From Hemiscyllium ocellatum (lineage: Eukaryota), in assembly GCF_020745735.1 (NCBI RefSeq), contig NC_083435.1:34161231-34225230 (forward strand): 64,000 nucleotides of DNA, given 5' to 3'. Below are positions 36,961-49,627 of the stretch, one piece after another. A program made the translations under genes and the position numbers. How positions within the stretch are numbered: the stretch's first letter is position 1; each line of letters opens with the position of its first letter. The notes beneath the pieces were generated by a model. That model searched no databases. It saw nothing but the letters and a program-made list of their open reading frames with translations, and had not been told where the DNA came from.

Positions 36961-37499
36961 ATGAATATTGCAAATGCGATTGACCCTGGTAATATCCAGG
37001 CAACAGTACTGAAGTCTTGTGTTCCAAACTAACGTCGCTGTGACAAGCTCTTTCATTATATGTAAAACAAAGTCATTTACCCAGACGTTTGTGGAAAATT
37101 GACCAGCTACAGGGTATCCCAAAGAAAGGATGGTAAATCTAAACCAGGAATCATTGCTCTATTAATAAACTGAATTGTCATCAAAATGTTAGCACGTGTC
37201 ATTAACAGTGCTATCATCAGTACTGTACAATGATCTGCTCACTGTCATTGAATTTGGGTACCCTGGCCATACAGGTCAGAGCATCATTCCAATTTTGCTC
37301 AAAACATGGTTAATAAATCTGATCTCGGATTATGAGTTGTAAATAATTAGCTCGACAGCAAGACGGCACTGAACCAAGTTTGCTATCAAAGTCAATAAGA
37401 TGAACTGTCACCATTAGATACAGGGTCAATATATTCATTGGATACATGTGTTTAAGTTTCTGCATTTGCTTCCTGATGGAAGAGACGATAACCAGAGTG

Positions 37500-37830
37500 G
37501 CAGGGGTCATTGAAGATGTTGGCTTTTCAAGGGCAGTGAGAAGTGAAGATGACGTCAATGAACTTTGGCTTGTGTGATGTAATGGGCTGTGTTCACAACT
37601 CTTAGTAGTTTCTTACAATCCTGGGCAAAGCAGTTGCCATAGCAAGCCATGTGCATCCCAACAAAATGCTTCTTTGGTGCATCTGTAAAAGTTGGAGAGA
37701 GTCCTTATGGACATTGCACAATTCCTTAGCCTCTTGAGGAAGAAGAAGTATTGTTGTGCCTTCTTGACTGTCATAATAACTTGGCTAGTCCAGGACAGAT
37801 TGTTGGTGAACTCTGTCATCTTTAACAGTT
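37500..37830 (-). mobile_element. Rex1/Babar-like LINE fragment
   Basis: 'NNLSWTSQVIMTVKKAQQYFFFLKRLR...LSNFYRCT'. Confidence 0.65.
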
Positions 37831-37939
37831 GCGATCATCCCCAACAAGCGAAATTTAACTCTGCTACTAACCTAAGACTTGATCGAGGTCTTACAGTCAT
37901 CGCGAGATATCGCATGGAAACACATATTTCAGTCCAACT

Positions 37940-39070
37940 TAGAATCATAGAGTCATGGAGATGTACAGCAGGGAAACAGACGCTTTGGTCGAACTCATCC
38001 ATGCTGACCAGATATTCCAACCCAATCTAGTCTAGCCTGCCAGCTCCTGGACCATATCGCTCCAAACCGTTCCTATAGACATATCGAACATGTGATGAAA
38101 GGACCTGGTGTGGGACGTTTGTGGTAAAGACTTGGGAGAAGACGCTGATTACTAAAAATGTTCAACTCAATAATGAGTCCGGAAGGCTGCAGTGTTTCCT
38201 AGATGAAAATGAGATGAGGTCTGTCTAACCTGCGCTGAACTGCATTGGGGCACTGCTGAAGCCCGACTAGTCCCAAACACGCAAGTAGTTGCCAGAAGAG
38301 CGTTATCTTCAGCTTTTAACATTGAATGTGTTCAAGGGCAGTACTTTCTGCGCAATGACAATTAAACAGAACAACCTTCTGAGACAGAAAACTGATCATC
38401 ACACTTACAGTTAATTGGAAATCTCTTTCTTTTTAAAACTATGCATACTCTTTCACAACTCCACTAACCATAAACATAACCCTGCGGTAGGAGGGGAACA
38501 AATGTACAATCTTATGTCAGCGTAAGTATTACACTTAGTATCTTGATGACAGCTGAGAAGTTTTAGCATGTAACATACCCTGCTACAATCATATCCAAGC
38601 TATTCTCTATTTTTTGTCCGAAAGATAAGGCTTAAAGAGTCATAGACAGTTGTTTAGCACAATAATCACTCCTTTGGTTCAATTCAGTCATGCCATCAGA
38701 TATCCTAATTTAATCCAATGCCATCTGCCAGTATTTGACCAATTTCCCCCTAAAACCTTCCTATTCATATATCCATTCAGATGCTATAAAATATACTAAT
38801 GTCAAGAGATTCCACCACTGCCTCTGGCAGTCCAGACCATACAAAAAAAACCCTGTTCATGCAACAAAAGTTGCCCCTTGGATCCCTTTTAAATCTTTCC
38901 CCTCTGAACTTAAAACACTGCCCTAGTTTCAGACTTCCTAACCCTGGGAAAATACCTTGACCCTAACCATGCCTCTCATGTTTTCACGAAACCTTGATAC
39001 TCTCAACCTCCAGAGAAAATATCCCCAACATATTCAGCCTCTCCTTACAGCTCAAACTCCCCAAAACTCG
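37940..39070 (-). mobile_element. CR1 3' tails (37940-38075 and 38635-39070)
   Basis: 'agaatcatagagtcat...accagatattcc' pattern. Confidence 0.7.
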
Positions 39071-39610
39071 TATTTAAAATAAGGCTTTCATTCAGGGTGA
39101 ATGCCTATTTTCAGATGTTTGGGGTGTAAAGATAAAGCATGAGAGGCTGAAATTTCATTTGAAATGATCTGTAATGGAAGTAAAGGAGACGTTTTCACCA
39201 AGTGATGTCTGGCTGTGGTATTATCTTGCCCATTTGAGAACACAAAAATATAACATGCAAGGTTACAGTGGCTTGGGGGAGGATTGGTAATGCGACTCTG
39301 GATACCTGGACTGCTATGGCAAATACAATTCAGATGTTTTCCCTTCTGGTGGGCGTATTGATGTGGGCTGGTGACATGGGCTATTTGGTGAAAGTGGCTT
39401 GTTACCTTCTTGCAACGTGTATATTTTCCATTTGCCAAGAGTCATTATGTCAGAGTGAGCAGCTGTTCTCTGCTTTTAAAAGACCGTGACTGATGTCAGA
39501 CATTGCCTAATTAGCTCAGGTGAGATTTCTCTTAGGTTTAAGTGAAACCTTGTATTGAAGAATCCATCGGCTTTTCTATTGGAATTATTAGCATCAACAT
39601 CATTTCTCGG

Positions 39611-39680
39611 ATGGATCCATCAGTACTGAGACATATTGAAGCAGTGTACTACCCTATTCTCGCAATTATTGGAGTTCCTG
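39611..39680 (+). CDS. GPR139-like orphan class A GPCR, exon 1 (MDPSVLRHIEAVYYPILAIIGVP)
   Basis: ATG at 39611. 'YYPILAIIGVP' N-terminal/TM1 motif. Phase-1 donor G|gtaagt. Confidence 0.85.
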
Positions 39681-39859
39681 GTAAGTTACGACTATTTTAC
39701 AATCAGACTGGATATTTCAATAATTCAAATTTGATAAAAAACAAGTTTTTTTTAAGTAATACTATAATCACTTATATTACTCTTTTCAATTTCTTTAGAA
39801 TTATCCTCCATCTCGCAATTATTTTGAAGAGATGAAGGAGCGGACATATACTATTAATG

Positions 39860-40585
39860 GGGGTGTTATAGAACAGAGAGACCTCAGGGGTCAAGTACAT
39901 AATCTTTTGAAACTTGCATCACATATAGACATGGTAGTTAAGAAGGTGATTAACATGTTTGGCTTCATAGATTAGACCTTTGAGTATGGGAATTCAGATT
40001 TCATGTTCAGGTTGGAGTGGGCACTGGTGAAGCTGTTTCGGAGAACTGTATGCAGTTCTGGTCGCCCTACTGTAGGATAGATGTCAAACTGGAGAAGATT
40101 CCGAACACGTTTACTGGGATGTTCTCGGGAAAGGAGTGTTTGAGATATAAAAATAGACGAAACAATCTGGGACTTTTTAAAAAAGCACTGAAGCGTTGGA
40201 GGTTGGCCAGTGAACTTATTGGTATTTATAAAATAATGAAGGGTACAGGTACGCTGAATAGAAAGAGTCTTTTACATAGGATGAAGGCGTTAACAAAGGG
40301 CGAGGGGCAAAACTTGAGGTGAGAGGAAAAAGATTTAACGAAGCACATGAGGGGTATTTAATCTCCAAAGAGTATAGTCCATGTGGGGCATGAACCGCTG
40401 GTAGAAGTGATGGTTATAGGTACATTTACAATGTTTATAAGATATTTGGATACTTTCATGTAAAGGAAAGGCTTGCAGTTATCATGGCCAAATGCAGGCA
40501 GGTGGGACTAGCTTTATTGGGGAACATGGTGGGCACAGACTCGATGAACCAAAGGGTCTTTTTCTGTGCTGTATAACTCTCTGAA
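39860..40585 (+). mobile_element. CR1 3' fragment in the GPCR intron
   Basis: 'ENCMQFWSPYCRIDV.KLEK' plus tail. Confidence 0.75.
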
Positions 40586-41059
40586 TCTGTGACTGGTTCT
40601 CTCCTGAAGACACGGCATTCCAAGAAGAGAAAGAAGGACTCTGTTAGGGATTAAGCGTCAGGATTATGACACAATCTGGGCGGATGTGTTCTTTGTGTGG
40701 TGTTTCAAAATTAGGATGATGTACAACTTGAAAACAAACTGGTGATATCACCATTCGCAATTTCGGTTCTCCCTTTCCGTTTATGAGGTGAGAGACGACA
40801 GATGGGCGATGCTGTGCAATGAAACTTGACAAAATATTCCAGTTCCTTTTGTGTATAGTTGACACTAAACACTACAGCGCCAGTTACGGATGGAACAATT
40901 GGTTAACATCAAAATTGGGCATCTTTGTCCTGTTAGTGTTGAGAATCCAACTTTATTCTGTTTGCATAAACTAAGGGAGAGGAACGTATGGAATGATACT
41001 CCTGCAATCTCCAAATGCTGCTGCAAATTGGTGTGTTCAGAAAATGTACCAAGGACATT

Positions 41060-41353
41060 GGCGGCATGGTGGCACAGTGGTTAGCACTGCTGCCTCACAG
41101 CACCAGAGACCTGGGTTCAATTCCCGACTCAGGCGACTGACTGTGTGGAGTTTGCACATTCTCCCCGTGTCTGAGTTTCCTCCCACAGTCACAAAGATGT
41201 GCGGGTCAGGTGAAGTGGCCATGCTAAATTGCCCGTAGTGTTAGGTAAGGGGTAAATGTAAGGGTATGGGTGGGGTGCGCTTCGGCGGGTCGGTGTGGAC
41301 TTGTTGGGCCGAAGGGCCTGTTTCCACACTGTAAGTCTAAGTCTAAGTCTAAG
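41060..41353 (+). mobile_element. Shark tRNA-SINE, near full length
   Basis: Same family as 11407. (gtctaa)n tail. Confidence 0.9.
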
Positions 41354-41381
41354 ACATTCCTCTGATTTCTATAGCCTCAAA

Positions 41382-43135
41382 GTCAGCATTTCACAGTGTA
41401 ATAACCGGTCTTTGATACCGAGTCCAACGTTAATTTCAGGTTAACTTCACAGTTTATGTTGTTGCATTTTGTTTTTATAAATATTTCCAGATGTTGCAAA
41501 CTGACTAAAGGGGGAATAATGTTGTTATATGCCAACAAGGCATCGAGGGATGATTTTCTGCCGCTTAGCACATTCTAACTTTAACTATACTATTTGAATA
41601 TCACTGGGTTTAACAACGATCAGGCAAGTTCGACTTTGATCCAAACCTACAGAAAATCACCAGATGAGAGTTATATCTGAGATGATGATAGTTAAACTGA
41701 GCTACGAATTTGTCTCCACCAAATGTATACAATCATATTTTTTTCATAGGTATAAATGACATTCGGAATTTTGAAACTTTTGTGGCCCAACATGTATAAT
41801 TCTTTTCTGCTCAAATCCTGGCAGTGGACTTGCCGTTCACAGAGGATGGATTCATGAGGCGACTGAATAGGCTTGATCTCCATCTCGTCTGTTCAAATGT
41901 TGAGAATCAATTTGCAAATCGCCCAAGAAATCTATGATTGGTTGGGAATTCTGGGAGAAACACTTAGCAATGAGCGAGATCTCTCTCAGTACTGGAGTTT
42001 CAAGTTAGCAACTTATCCAGTCTTGCCAGTTGTGTATTAGATTCATCCAGTAAATTAGAGAGAATGACATCGTTATTTAGTGTTTTGCGTCTGGGTGTTT
42101 CCGGAAATCTGGAATAACAATCGAATTGACTATCCTCTCAAAGGTCACCAGTGGTACAGTTGAATGGGTGGAATAACCATGGAGAAACGATCAGAAATGA
42201 ACACAACAATAGTCTAAATGCTGCAAGGATGTAGGCACAGAATGTAAAATGAATAGAATCCTTACACGAGACGAACACATTCCTTCCTCCATACACGATC
42301 CATGTCACTTAATTTATATGTCATAACGATTTTCACTTCAGTCTGCATTGCTCCGAAGAACAGAACCTCTCATATCCAGTCTCTCTCCATACATATAACC
42401 CAGGCAATGGACAGGTAAATCTCCTCGGCGCACTGTCTATTGCAACCAAGCTCCACTCCCACACACCCACACACCACACACCCCTCCGCCCACACCCCCA
42501 CTTCCTGGAAGAGTCGATTCAGGATTTGCACACCATATTCTAGCTCCGGTCTAGTCAGCATTTCATGCAGTTACAGCATAACCTCTCGACTCTTAAAATC
42601 CCTGCCTGAGCTGATAAAGGAATATGTCCCATATGCGTTCTCAACCACTTCAAGTGACTGCCCCACGAACTTGAGGGACAAGTGGACATTTATGCTGATG
42701 TTCATCTGATCCAGGTGGCTTCTCAGGGTACTGCAGTTCCTCGTGTGTTCTGTTCCATTGTTTGTCCTGCCAAAATATATGTTAAAGAGTAGGTTCCTAA
42801 GAGTGATTAATGCTGAATCCCACTGGATACAGACTTTGAATCAGAAAAAAATAGCCTTCCAACATTACCCCCTGTACTCTGCACTTTCGGAGTCATTTAC
42901 GGTAATTACCTTTGACATCATTGCACTGATCACGAGCAGACTCCAATGCGGAATTTTATTAAAAGCTTTGCTGAAGTCCAGTTAGATTGCATCAAATTAA
43001 CTTCCACGCAGAAATACACAAAGCCATTCTTGGGTCTTCGGCAAATATTTGAAGAATGGCTTCTTTCCCACTGTTATAAGAGTTCTGAATGAACCTCTCA
43101 AATTTTCAATTTAGTGTTCATCTCGCTCTTTTAGC
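41382..43135 (+). repeat. Segmental duplicate, copy B (inside the GPCR intron)
   Basis: See copy A. Confidence 0.85.
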
Positions 43136-44274
43136 GCCTTGTTGTAGAAGGAGCACATCTAAGTTGATGAGCGAGCTTATTTTTATTCAAATTTTATATT
43201 TTCCTCATTTCTGTTTCTGCTTTTCGTTATTCCACCACAAGGCAAGCTTCACATTAACATAGACAGTGAATTATGCAAATTACCAATCGTTATTATCATT
43301 ACATACGTAAATGACTTCACCATGGAAATGCTCCGTCTGATATGTTAGAGGTGTAATGTTGAGAACATTGCAACGTTATGGAATTGTTTACCAAATTTAC
43401 ATTTTAATGAAAATATCATTGTATCAGTTCGCACTGATACCTGACAAAACCTGATAACTGTGCTGTTGAAAAGCAAAGCAGGTCCAAGTTTATTTTGTTG
43501 GGAAGAAGATTTCATCAACATTAGGAACAGAATCACAATTCTGTGTGCTGTCAGGTTGCAATCAGATGTGTTTTGAATTCAATATTTAATTTCACATATC
43601 TGAAAATGGTTCCAAAGTATCACTAATCAGAACATCAACTGGATACAAGTTCGATGAGCTTTGCTATATCATGGACGTGCCCTTAAGGAGTGGATTTTTT
43701 TGATATACATAAACCTAACAGACACAGATCATTTTCCATGATCCAGGAGAAGACCAGTATCCTAGTGGAGGATAAAAATCTTGTGTGGTATGTCATATAA
43801 ATTCTGAGTGGAGTTTGCGTTTGACTTAACAAACACTAATTTATAAATGACTTTCTACGAGATTATTAGCCTAACGTATGCTTAGTGTGTGAACTGACAG
43901 GAAATATCTTACAGTTCTACAGTTAACATTTGCCTATTCGAGAAAAGAAAAGATGGAACGTAAAGCCTCGTATGCTTAGAATAAAATTAGACTGACATGA
44001 ATGGAGCACTAGTTAAAACACATGGTGCAGAGAAGCTGAGTATATGTGCCATTTTCAGATTGGTAAGCTATAAGCAATGCACTGATCACTGATCTTTCTC
44101 TCATCAATTCGGTAAGCATATGAAAACAAAACATTCTTAATATATTGGTTTTCTGTAGCATGGTTGCAAAATTGCAGGAACAGACACTGCAAACAGGCTA
44201 AGGATCTAATCTCTGTGGTCAGGTCTGACAAGTAAACTGGCTCTGAGCCCTTGCAGAAACGATGATTCTTAGTT

Positions 44275-45027
44275 TGGGAGAAGATTTGTAGCACGGGTGC
44301 TCGTTGTGTTCGCCGAGCTGGGAATTTGTGGTGCAGACGTTTCGTCCCCTGACTAGGTGATATCGTTTGGAAGGACAACGGAATGGGGACATGCCACAGC
44401 CCAAAGAACTAGCCACACTACCATACATCAAAAACATTTCTGAACTGATAGCCAGACTACTGTGACTACTAGGACTCATAACAGCACACAAACTAACTGC
44501 CACTCTCAGACAACAACTCACCAGGACAAAGGACCAGATACCCAGCAGGAGCAAAACCAATGTAGTGCACAAAATCCCATGCAAGGATTGCACAAAACAC
44601 TGCATAGGTCAAACAGGAAGACACTTAATGATCCGCATCCATGAACACCAACTAGCCACGAAACGACATGACCAGCTATCCTTATTTGCCACACACTCAG
44701 ATGACAAGCAACATGTGTTCGACTGGGACAACACTACTATTATCGGACAAGCCAAACAGAGAACAACTAGGTAATTCCGAGAGGAATGGCACTCATCCAC
44801 TGATTCAATCAACAAGCAAATCGACCTGGACCCAATTTGCTGTCCATTGCAGCGGACAGGTGGAACTGACAACTGGAAGCGGAAGATACAAATCACGATA
44901 AATGCTGGAGGAAACATCACAGAATCGCTTCCCAGGAGGCTCCCAAGCACTGAGGATGTCACCTAGACAGGGGATGAAATGTCTGCTACACAAATTCCCA
45001 GCTTGGCGAACAGAACCACAACAACGA
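44275..45027 (+). mobile_element. Penelope-like 3' fragment (44366-45027, plus) preceded by an inverted copy of its own end (44275-44365)
   Basis: GIY-YIG 'HKIPCKDCTKHCIGQTGRHL.IRIHEH'. The left 90 bp is the reverse complement of the right terminus. Confidence 0.85.
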
Positions 45028-45594
45028 TCATTCTTCCCTGCGGTGCAGCCAATTCGACGTTGTTTACTGAGGAATATAACGGTCACAGAGAGTGGTCTTC
45101 ATTACAGCCAACTCTTGGCTCATTTTCCCGCTCTTATTTTACTGCTGAATAAATTCTTACCATAGTTATCACATGGCAGCCAATACATGAATTCCTTTTC
45201 AGATTCATTTTCCTTTCAGCGTTCCAGTCGATCTAAAGAAACATGGCAATAAACAAAATGCACAATTTCTGAAGGTTTTGGAACAATATGTCATAGTGTT
45301 TTAACATTTAAATAAGTCATTTTCTTTGAATTTAGAAGGATTCTTTTCATTTCTGCTAGAAATATTCTCCCCAGACCATTCTAAAGTTGTACCTGATGTT
45401 ATACTATTAATAAAAAAAAGTCGTATTAAACATTGTTGAAATTCACCTCTTCTATAGCCAATATATCCACACCATCCAATTATGAGCGGAAAATAATGAT
45501 GTGTTTAATTCTTTAGAAGAAAACAATTGATGAGATAGGTGCGGATGAGATTTTTAAACACGTTTTATAATTAGTTTTCCATTTTTTCTTTCAG

Positions 45595-46482
45595 CTAATA
45601 TATTATCAATTGTAATATTTACCCGTGGAAATTGCGGCCTCTCCAAATGTATCACACATTACCTGGCGTCAATGGCAATAGCGGATCTCCTCGTTTTAAT
45701 ATTTGAAGTGATTATGCATATGCTTAAAGAAATCTATTTTCCGAAATCGTTTCTGGATTACACTTCTGTTTGTCGTCTTACTTTTGCCTTCTCTTTTTTG
45801 TGCGTTGATTGTTCTGTTTGGTTAACAGTTGCTTTCAGCTTTGATCGCTCTGTATCTATCTGCTGCCAAAAGCTGAGAGTCAAATACTGCACAGAGAAAA
45901 CTTCAGCTGTGGTTATAGCCATTGTCTGTGGACTTTGTGCTGCAAAAAAACTTGCCAGTTTACTTTGTAAACCAACCTGGAATTATAATTGACAACGTGG
46001 CATGGTTCTGTGTTATGAAGTCTGATTTATATATTTTACCAGTTTGGAAGGCTTACTTGTACTTTGATACTATTTTAACCCCATTTGCTGCGTTTTTCTT
46101 TATTTCTGTGTTCAATGCTCTGACTATCAGGCACATTTTAACGAGTAGTAAAGTAAGGAGAAGCTTTCGGGAAAAAGTCAAAGATTCTGAGTTAGAAAAA
46201 CGCAGGAAGTCTGTCACATTACTGCTTGCTATTTCTGGAAGTTTTATTTTTCTGTGGATGTTAATTCCTATCTGTTATATCTATGTAGAATTTACAGAGA
46301 ACCAATTTTACCAAACGGATTATAATGACCCTTTCACTATCATGGAACACACTGGATATATGCTTCAGCTTTTGAGTTCCTGCACCAACACGTTTATTTC
46401 TGCAGTGGCACAGACTAAGTTCAGAAACGAAGTAAAGAATGTGATTACATGTCAAAATAATCAGAAGATACAAAAATGGTAA
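45595..46482 (+). CDS. GPR139-like GPCR, exon 2 (TM1-TM7). One extra A in an A7 run (45944-45950) breaks the frame; 318 aa if corrected
   Basis: Acceptor ttttttctttcag|CT. 'NILSIVIFTRGNCGLSKCITHYLASMAIADLL', 'SVWLTVAFSFDRSVSICCQKL..KYCT', 'LLAISGSFIFLW', 'SCTNTFISAVAQTKFR'. The two ORFs 45672-45992 and 45922-46482 join at the homopolymer. Confidence 0.88.
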
Positions 46483-47039
46483 CTTTCTCCTATCGTAGAT
46501 TCATCCTCCAACATAGCACTGTGCTAGCTAAGCATCATTTGTGGATGCAAACAGAGGTACTGTTTTCAGAAAAATGAGTATTCACATTAATATTTCTGAT
46601 GAAAGGCTCTCAATGTATAATGCCAGGTCTGTTGGGTTTTATCCTGGATTTTGCCTAATCTGCTGAGTTCAATAAACTTTTCTTTTATTGTTGTCGTGGC
46701 AGATTTGTCGTGTCTGCACAACTTTGCATTTGGAATAGTTAACACGATCTGTCTCTCAGTAGCAGTGACATTGTTACACATACCATAATGTTAGCATTCT
46801 TTCCCATTTATATACAAAAATCTGCTGCACGTGATGATTAACTGTTTTATAGGCCTTCGGTTGAGATAGATCTGATAACCAAAATGGCAGTGTCAGATCA
46901 ACGTCAATGGTGAGTGGATCTGGAATAGGAAAATAAGAATTCGTCTATTTGGACAGGAAGAATATAAATAATGAAATTATTTTTTGTAAATCAGGAGACT
47001 GACTTCGGGAGATTGCTAAGTGACTAATAACTGAGAGCA

Positions 47040-47235
47040 CTGCAGATACCATAAATCAGGAACAAAACTGAACATTTCAGGCAAACGTCAGCTGGTCTAG
47101 CAGCATCTATGGAGAGAACATTTTGGAGCGAGAGACCGTTCCTCAGAACTGATCTGTGGAAGGGTCACTCTAAATTTAAGGTTAACTTTGATTTCTCTCC
47201 GTAAATGCTGCCAGACCTATACAGCTTTACCAGCA
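47040..47235. repeat. Imperfect palindromic (MITE/MER6-like) element; half copies at about 46590-46690 and 63300-63430
   Basis: Arms 47094-47118 and 47193-47217 are reverse complements (22/25). Confidence 0.65.
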
Positions 47236-47274
47236 TTTTCTGAATTTGCTTACGTTGGTTGACTTGGTGATTCA

Positions 47275-47590
47275 TAGTTTTATAAGACATAGGAGCCGAA
47301 TTAAGCTGTTCAGCCCAACGTGACGGCTCTGCCATTTCATCATGGCTGATATGCTCCTCACCCCCATTTTCCTGCCTTCTCCCCATAATGCTTCAACTCA
47401 TGACAAATTAAAAGTCTGTGAAACTCCCCCTTAAAGTTACTCGCGATCCCAGAATCCACAACACTTTGGTTTATCGAATACCACAAATTCACAATCGTAT
47501 GGGAGAAGTAGTTTCTCCTCAACTCTGTCTTAAATTTGCAATCCCATAACCGAAGAATGTCCCACAAGAATAAACATCTACTCCACCTCT
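47275..47590 (-). mobile_element. CR1 3' end
   Basis: 'FKTELRRNYFSHTIVNLWYS' plus tail. Confidence 0.75.
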
Positions 47591-47639
47591 ATTTTATCCA
47601 TACCCATTATCATCTACGAAATTTCAATTTACTCTCACG

Positions 47640-47942
47640 ATGGATCAGTAGTTATCACTGCTGCCTCACAGCGCCAGGTACCCGGGTTCAATTACACCCT
47701 CAGGCAACTGTTTGGAGTTTACACATTCTACCCGTCTCTGCGTGGGATTCCTCCGGGTACTCCTGTTTCCTCCCACATCCAAAGATGTGCAGGTTAGGTG
47801 AACTGGCCATGCTAACTTGCCCGTAGTGTTCGCTGCATTAGTCAGAGGGAGATGGGTCTGGGTTGGTTTCTCTTCGAATGGTCGGTGTGGACTTGTTGTG
47901 CCGAAGGGTCTTTTTCCACTCTGTAGGGAATCTAATCTAATC
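47640..47942 (+). mobile_element. Shark tRNA-SINE
   Basis: Same family as 11407. (aatct)n tail. Confidence 0.88.
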
Positions 47943-48159
47943 ATTCTTCTAAATTCCAGAGAGTACAGGTCTATTAACCTAACAAATATTAAATTTATAA
48001 AAGCCCAAGTCACGTTCCTGAGCATGTCATTAGAAGTGGAAGGATGGCCCCATGTAACGTGACATTGAAGAGTTTTCCATATCTTCAAGAAAAAGGGTAG
48101 TACCATACTTCCTGGATCTGAGTGTTCTTTTCTTTTTAATTAGATTTTGGTACCAAATT

Positions 48160-48640
48160 TTCTCCTCGTGGTTGCTGCATTAACTTAACTGTTGAAGAGG
48201 TGCAGAAAATATCCGTGGATAGAATACAGTCAGATGATTTTTGACAATCTGAAGACTGTGATGGCCACTGCCTCAGTGTTCAAAGCCATTCAAAGTAGCT
48301 ATTAATTTAATTGATGCGAGTGTCAGTGCTGCACGTTTGCAAGACAATGATGAGGAGACAGAAAGACGTATTGAGTATTTTTACCCTGAAATCTGAGTGT
48401 AAGTCAACAGAAATATTCCACAACTGAGAAGGAGACCTTGAGTTCGTGTTGGCACCACAACATTTCAATATTTATTTTGCTAGAAGTGCATCTGAGACAG
48501 TTGTGTATACTAATTGTAATCCCTTAAACTTGTAGGGGAAAAAAGGACAAAAGTTACACACTATATAAACCGAGCTCATTATTGCAGCCTTTCCATTTGA
48601 CAATTATGCACATGGCGGTGAGGATCTAAAATTTGAATTT
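48160..48640 (+). mobile_element. Gypsy/Ty3 pol remnant (RT thumb - RNase H)
   Basis: Frameshifted 'FSSxVAALT.LLK', 'KPFKVAI..DAS', 'QKYSTTEKETL', 'QHFNIY', 'VVYT..NPL'. Confidence 0.7.
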
Positions 48641-49627
48641 AGGCAACAAGTATATGTAGATTTTTATATACCACAAAATGGTTTCTCCATTTAAAAGAGG
48701 ACTATAAAATGGTCTTTGAACCTGTACAGCTGATTTGCAGAATTAAGCTGAATTCAAAGATAAGAGGACAATAGAGTTTTCATAAAATGAATACTGACAC
48801 ATTAATTGACCATTTGAACCAACGTTGAACTGATACATGCCATGACAATTTACGTAAGTAAAATATCTTTTCCAAGGAATACCATTGGATTAACCTGTGT
48901 TCAATCATGTCACCACATTAGTTGATTGGACTTTTCTTGTAATGAAGAACCCTTTCACAGGAAATACCATTGGATTAACTTGCTGTAAATCATATCATCT
49001 GATTATAGTTCTGTCTTGAAATTAAGGCTGTACCATTTCTTTAAAAAATGTACAATTTTCAAATGTAATTGCACAACTTCACTAAGGAACACAGAAGCTT
49101 CAACCTCAGTGTTGCTGGATAGAATTGCGTCAAGGTACCTTAATTCAATAAACTAATGACACTTGCTTTTGAACAGACCGCATTTGTCGATTTTTTTGAC
49201 TGATCTCGGACCAAGGGGCTCCTCTTCAGGGGTCATAGATCTTCAGCGGGACGAGAGAACTTATGATCCTGATGAAAGGCTCTTGTCTGGAACAGCGATT
49301 CTCCTGCTCCTCGGATGCTGTCTGACTTGGTGTGCTTTTCCAGGACCACTCTAACCTTTCCTTGAATCTCCAGCACCTGCAGTACCCACTTCCGCCGAGA
49401 GAACTGAGTTGTTGACTCGTTGATGCATTTTCAACAAGTGAATACAGCGGCTGTTTGTGCCGGAAAAAAAAAGGATTAAAATAGAATGTAGTATTGAATG
49501 TGAGATTTCTTAGAGTCAATGCAACATATACACGTCATATTATACGAAAATTATAAGACTAAAACATTATTAAAATTAAGCTATCTTTGTCTATTGACGG
49601 TTCATTCAGTTTGGGGGTGGGGGAATT

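Noticed and set aside
43273-43280. Octamer ATGCAAAT as an Ig promoter element
   Set aside because: A single 8-mer is expected about twice by chance in 64 kb on both strands, and there is no V gene nearby.
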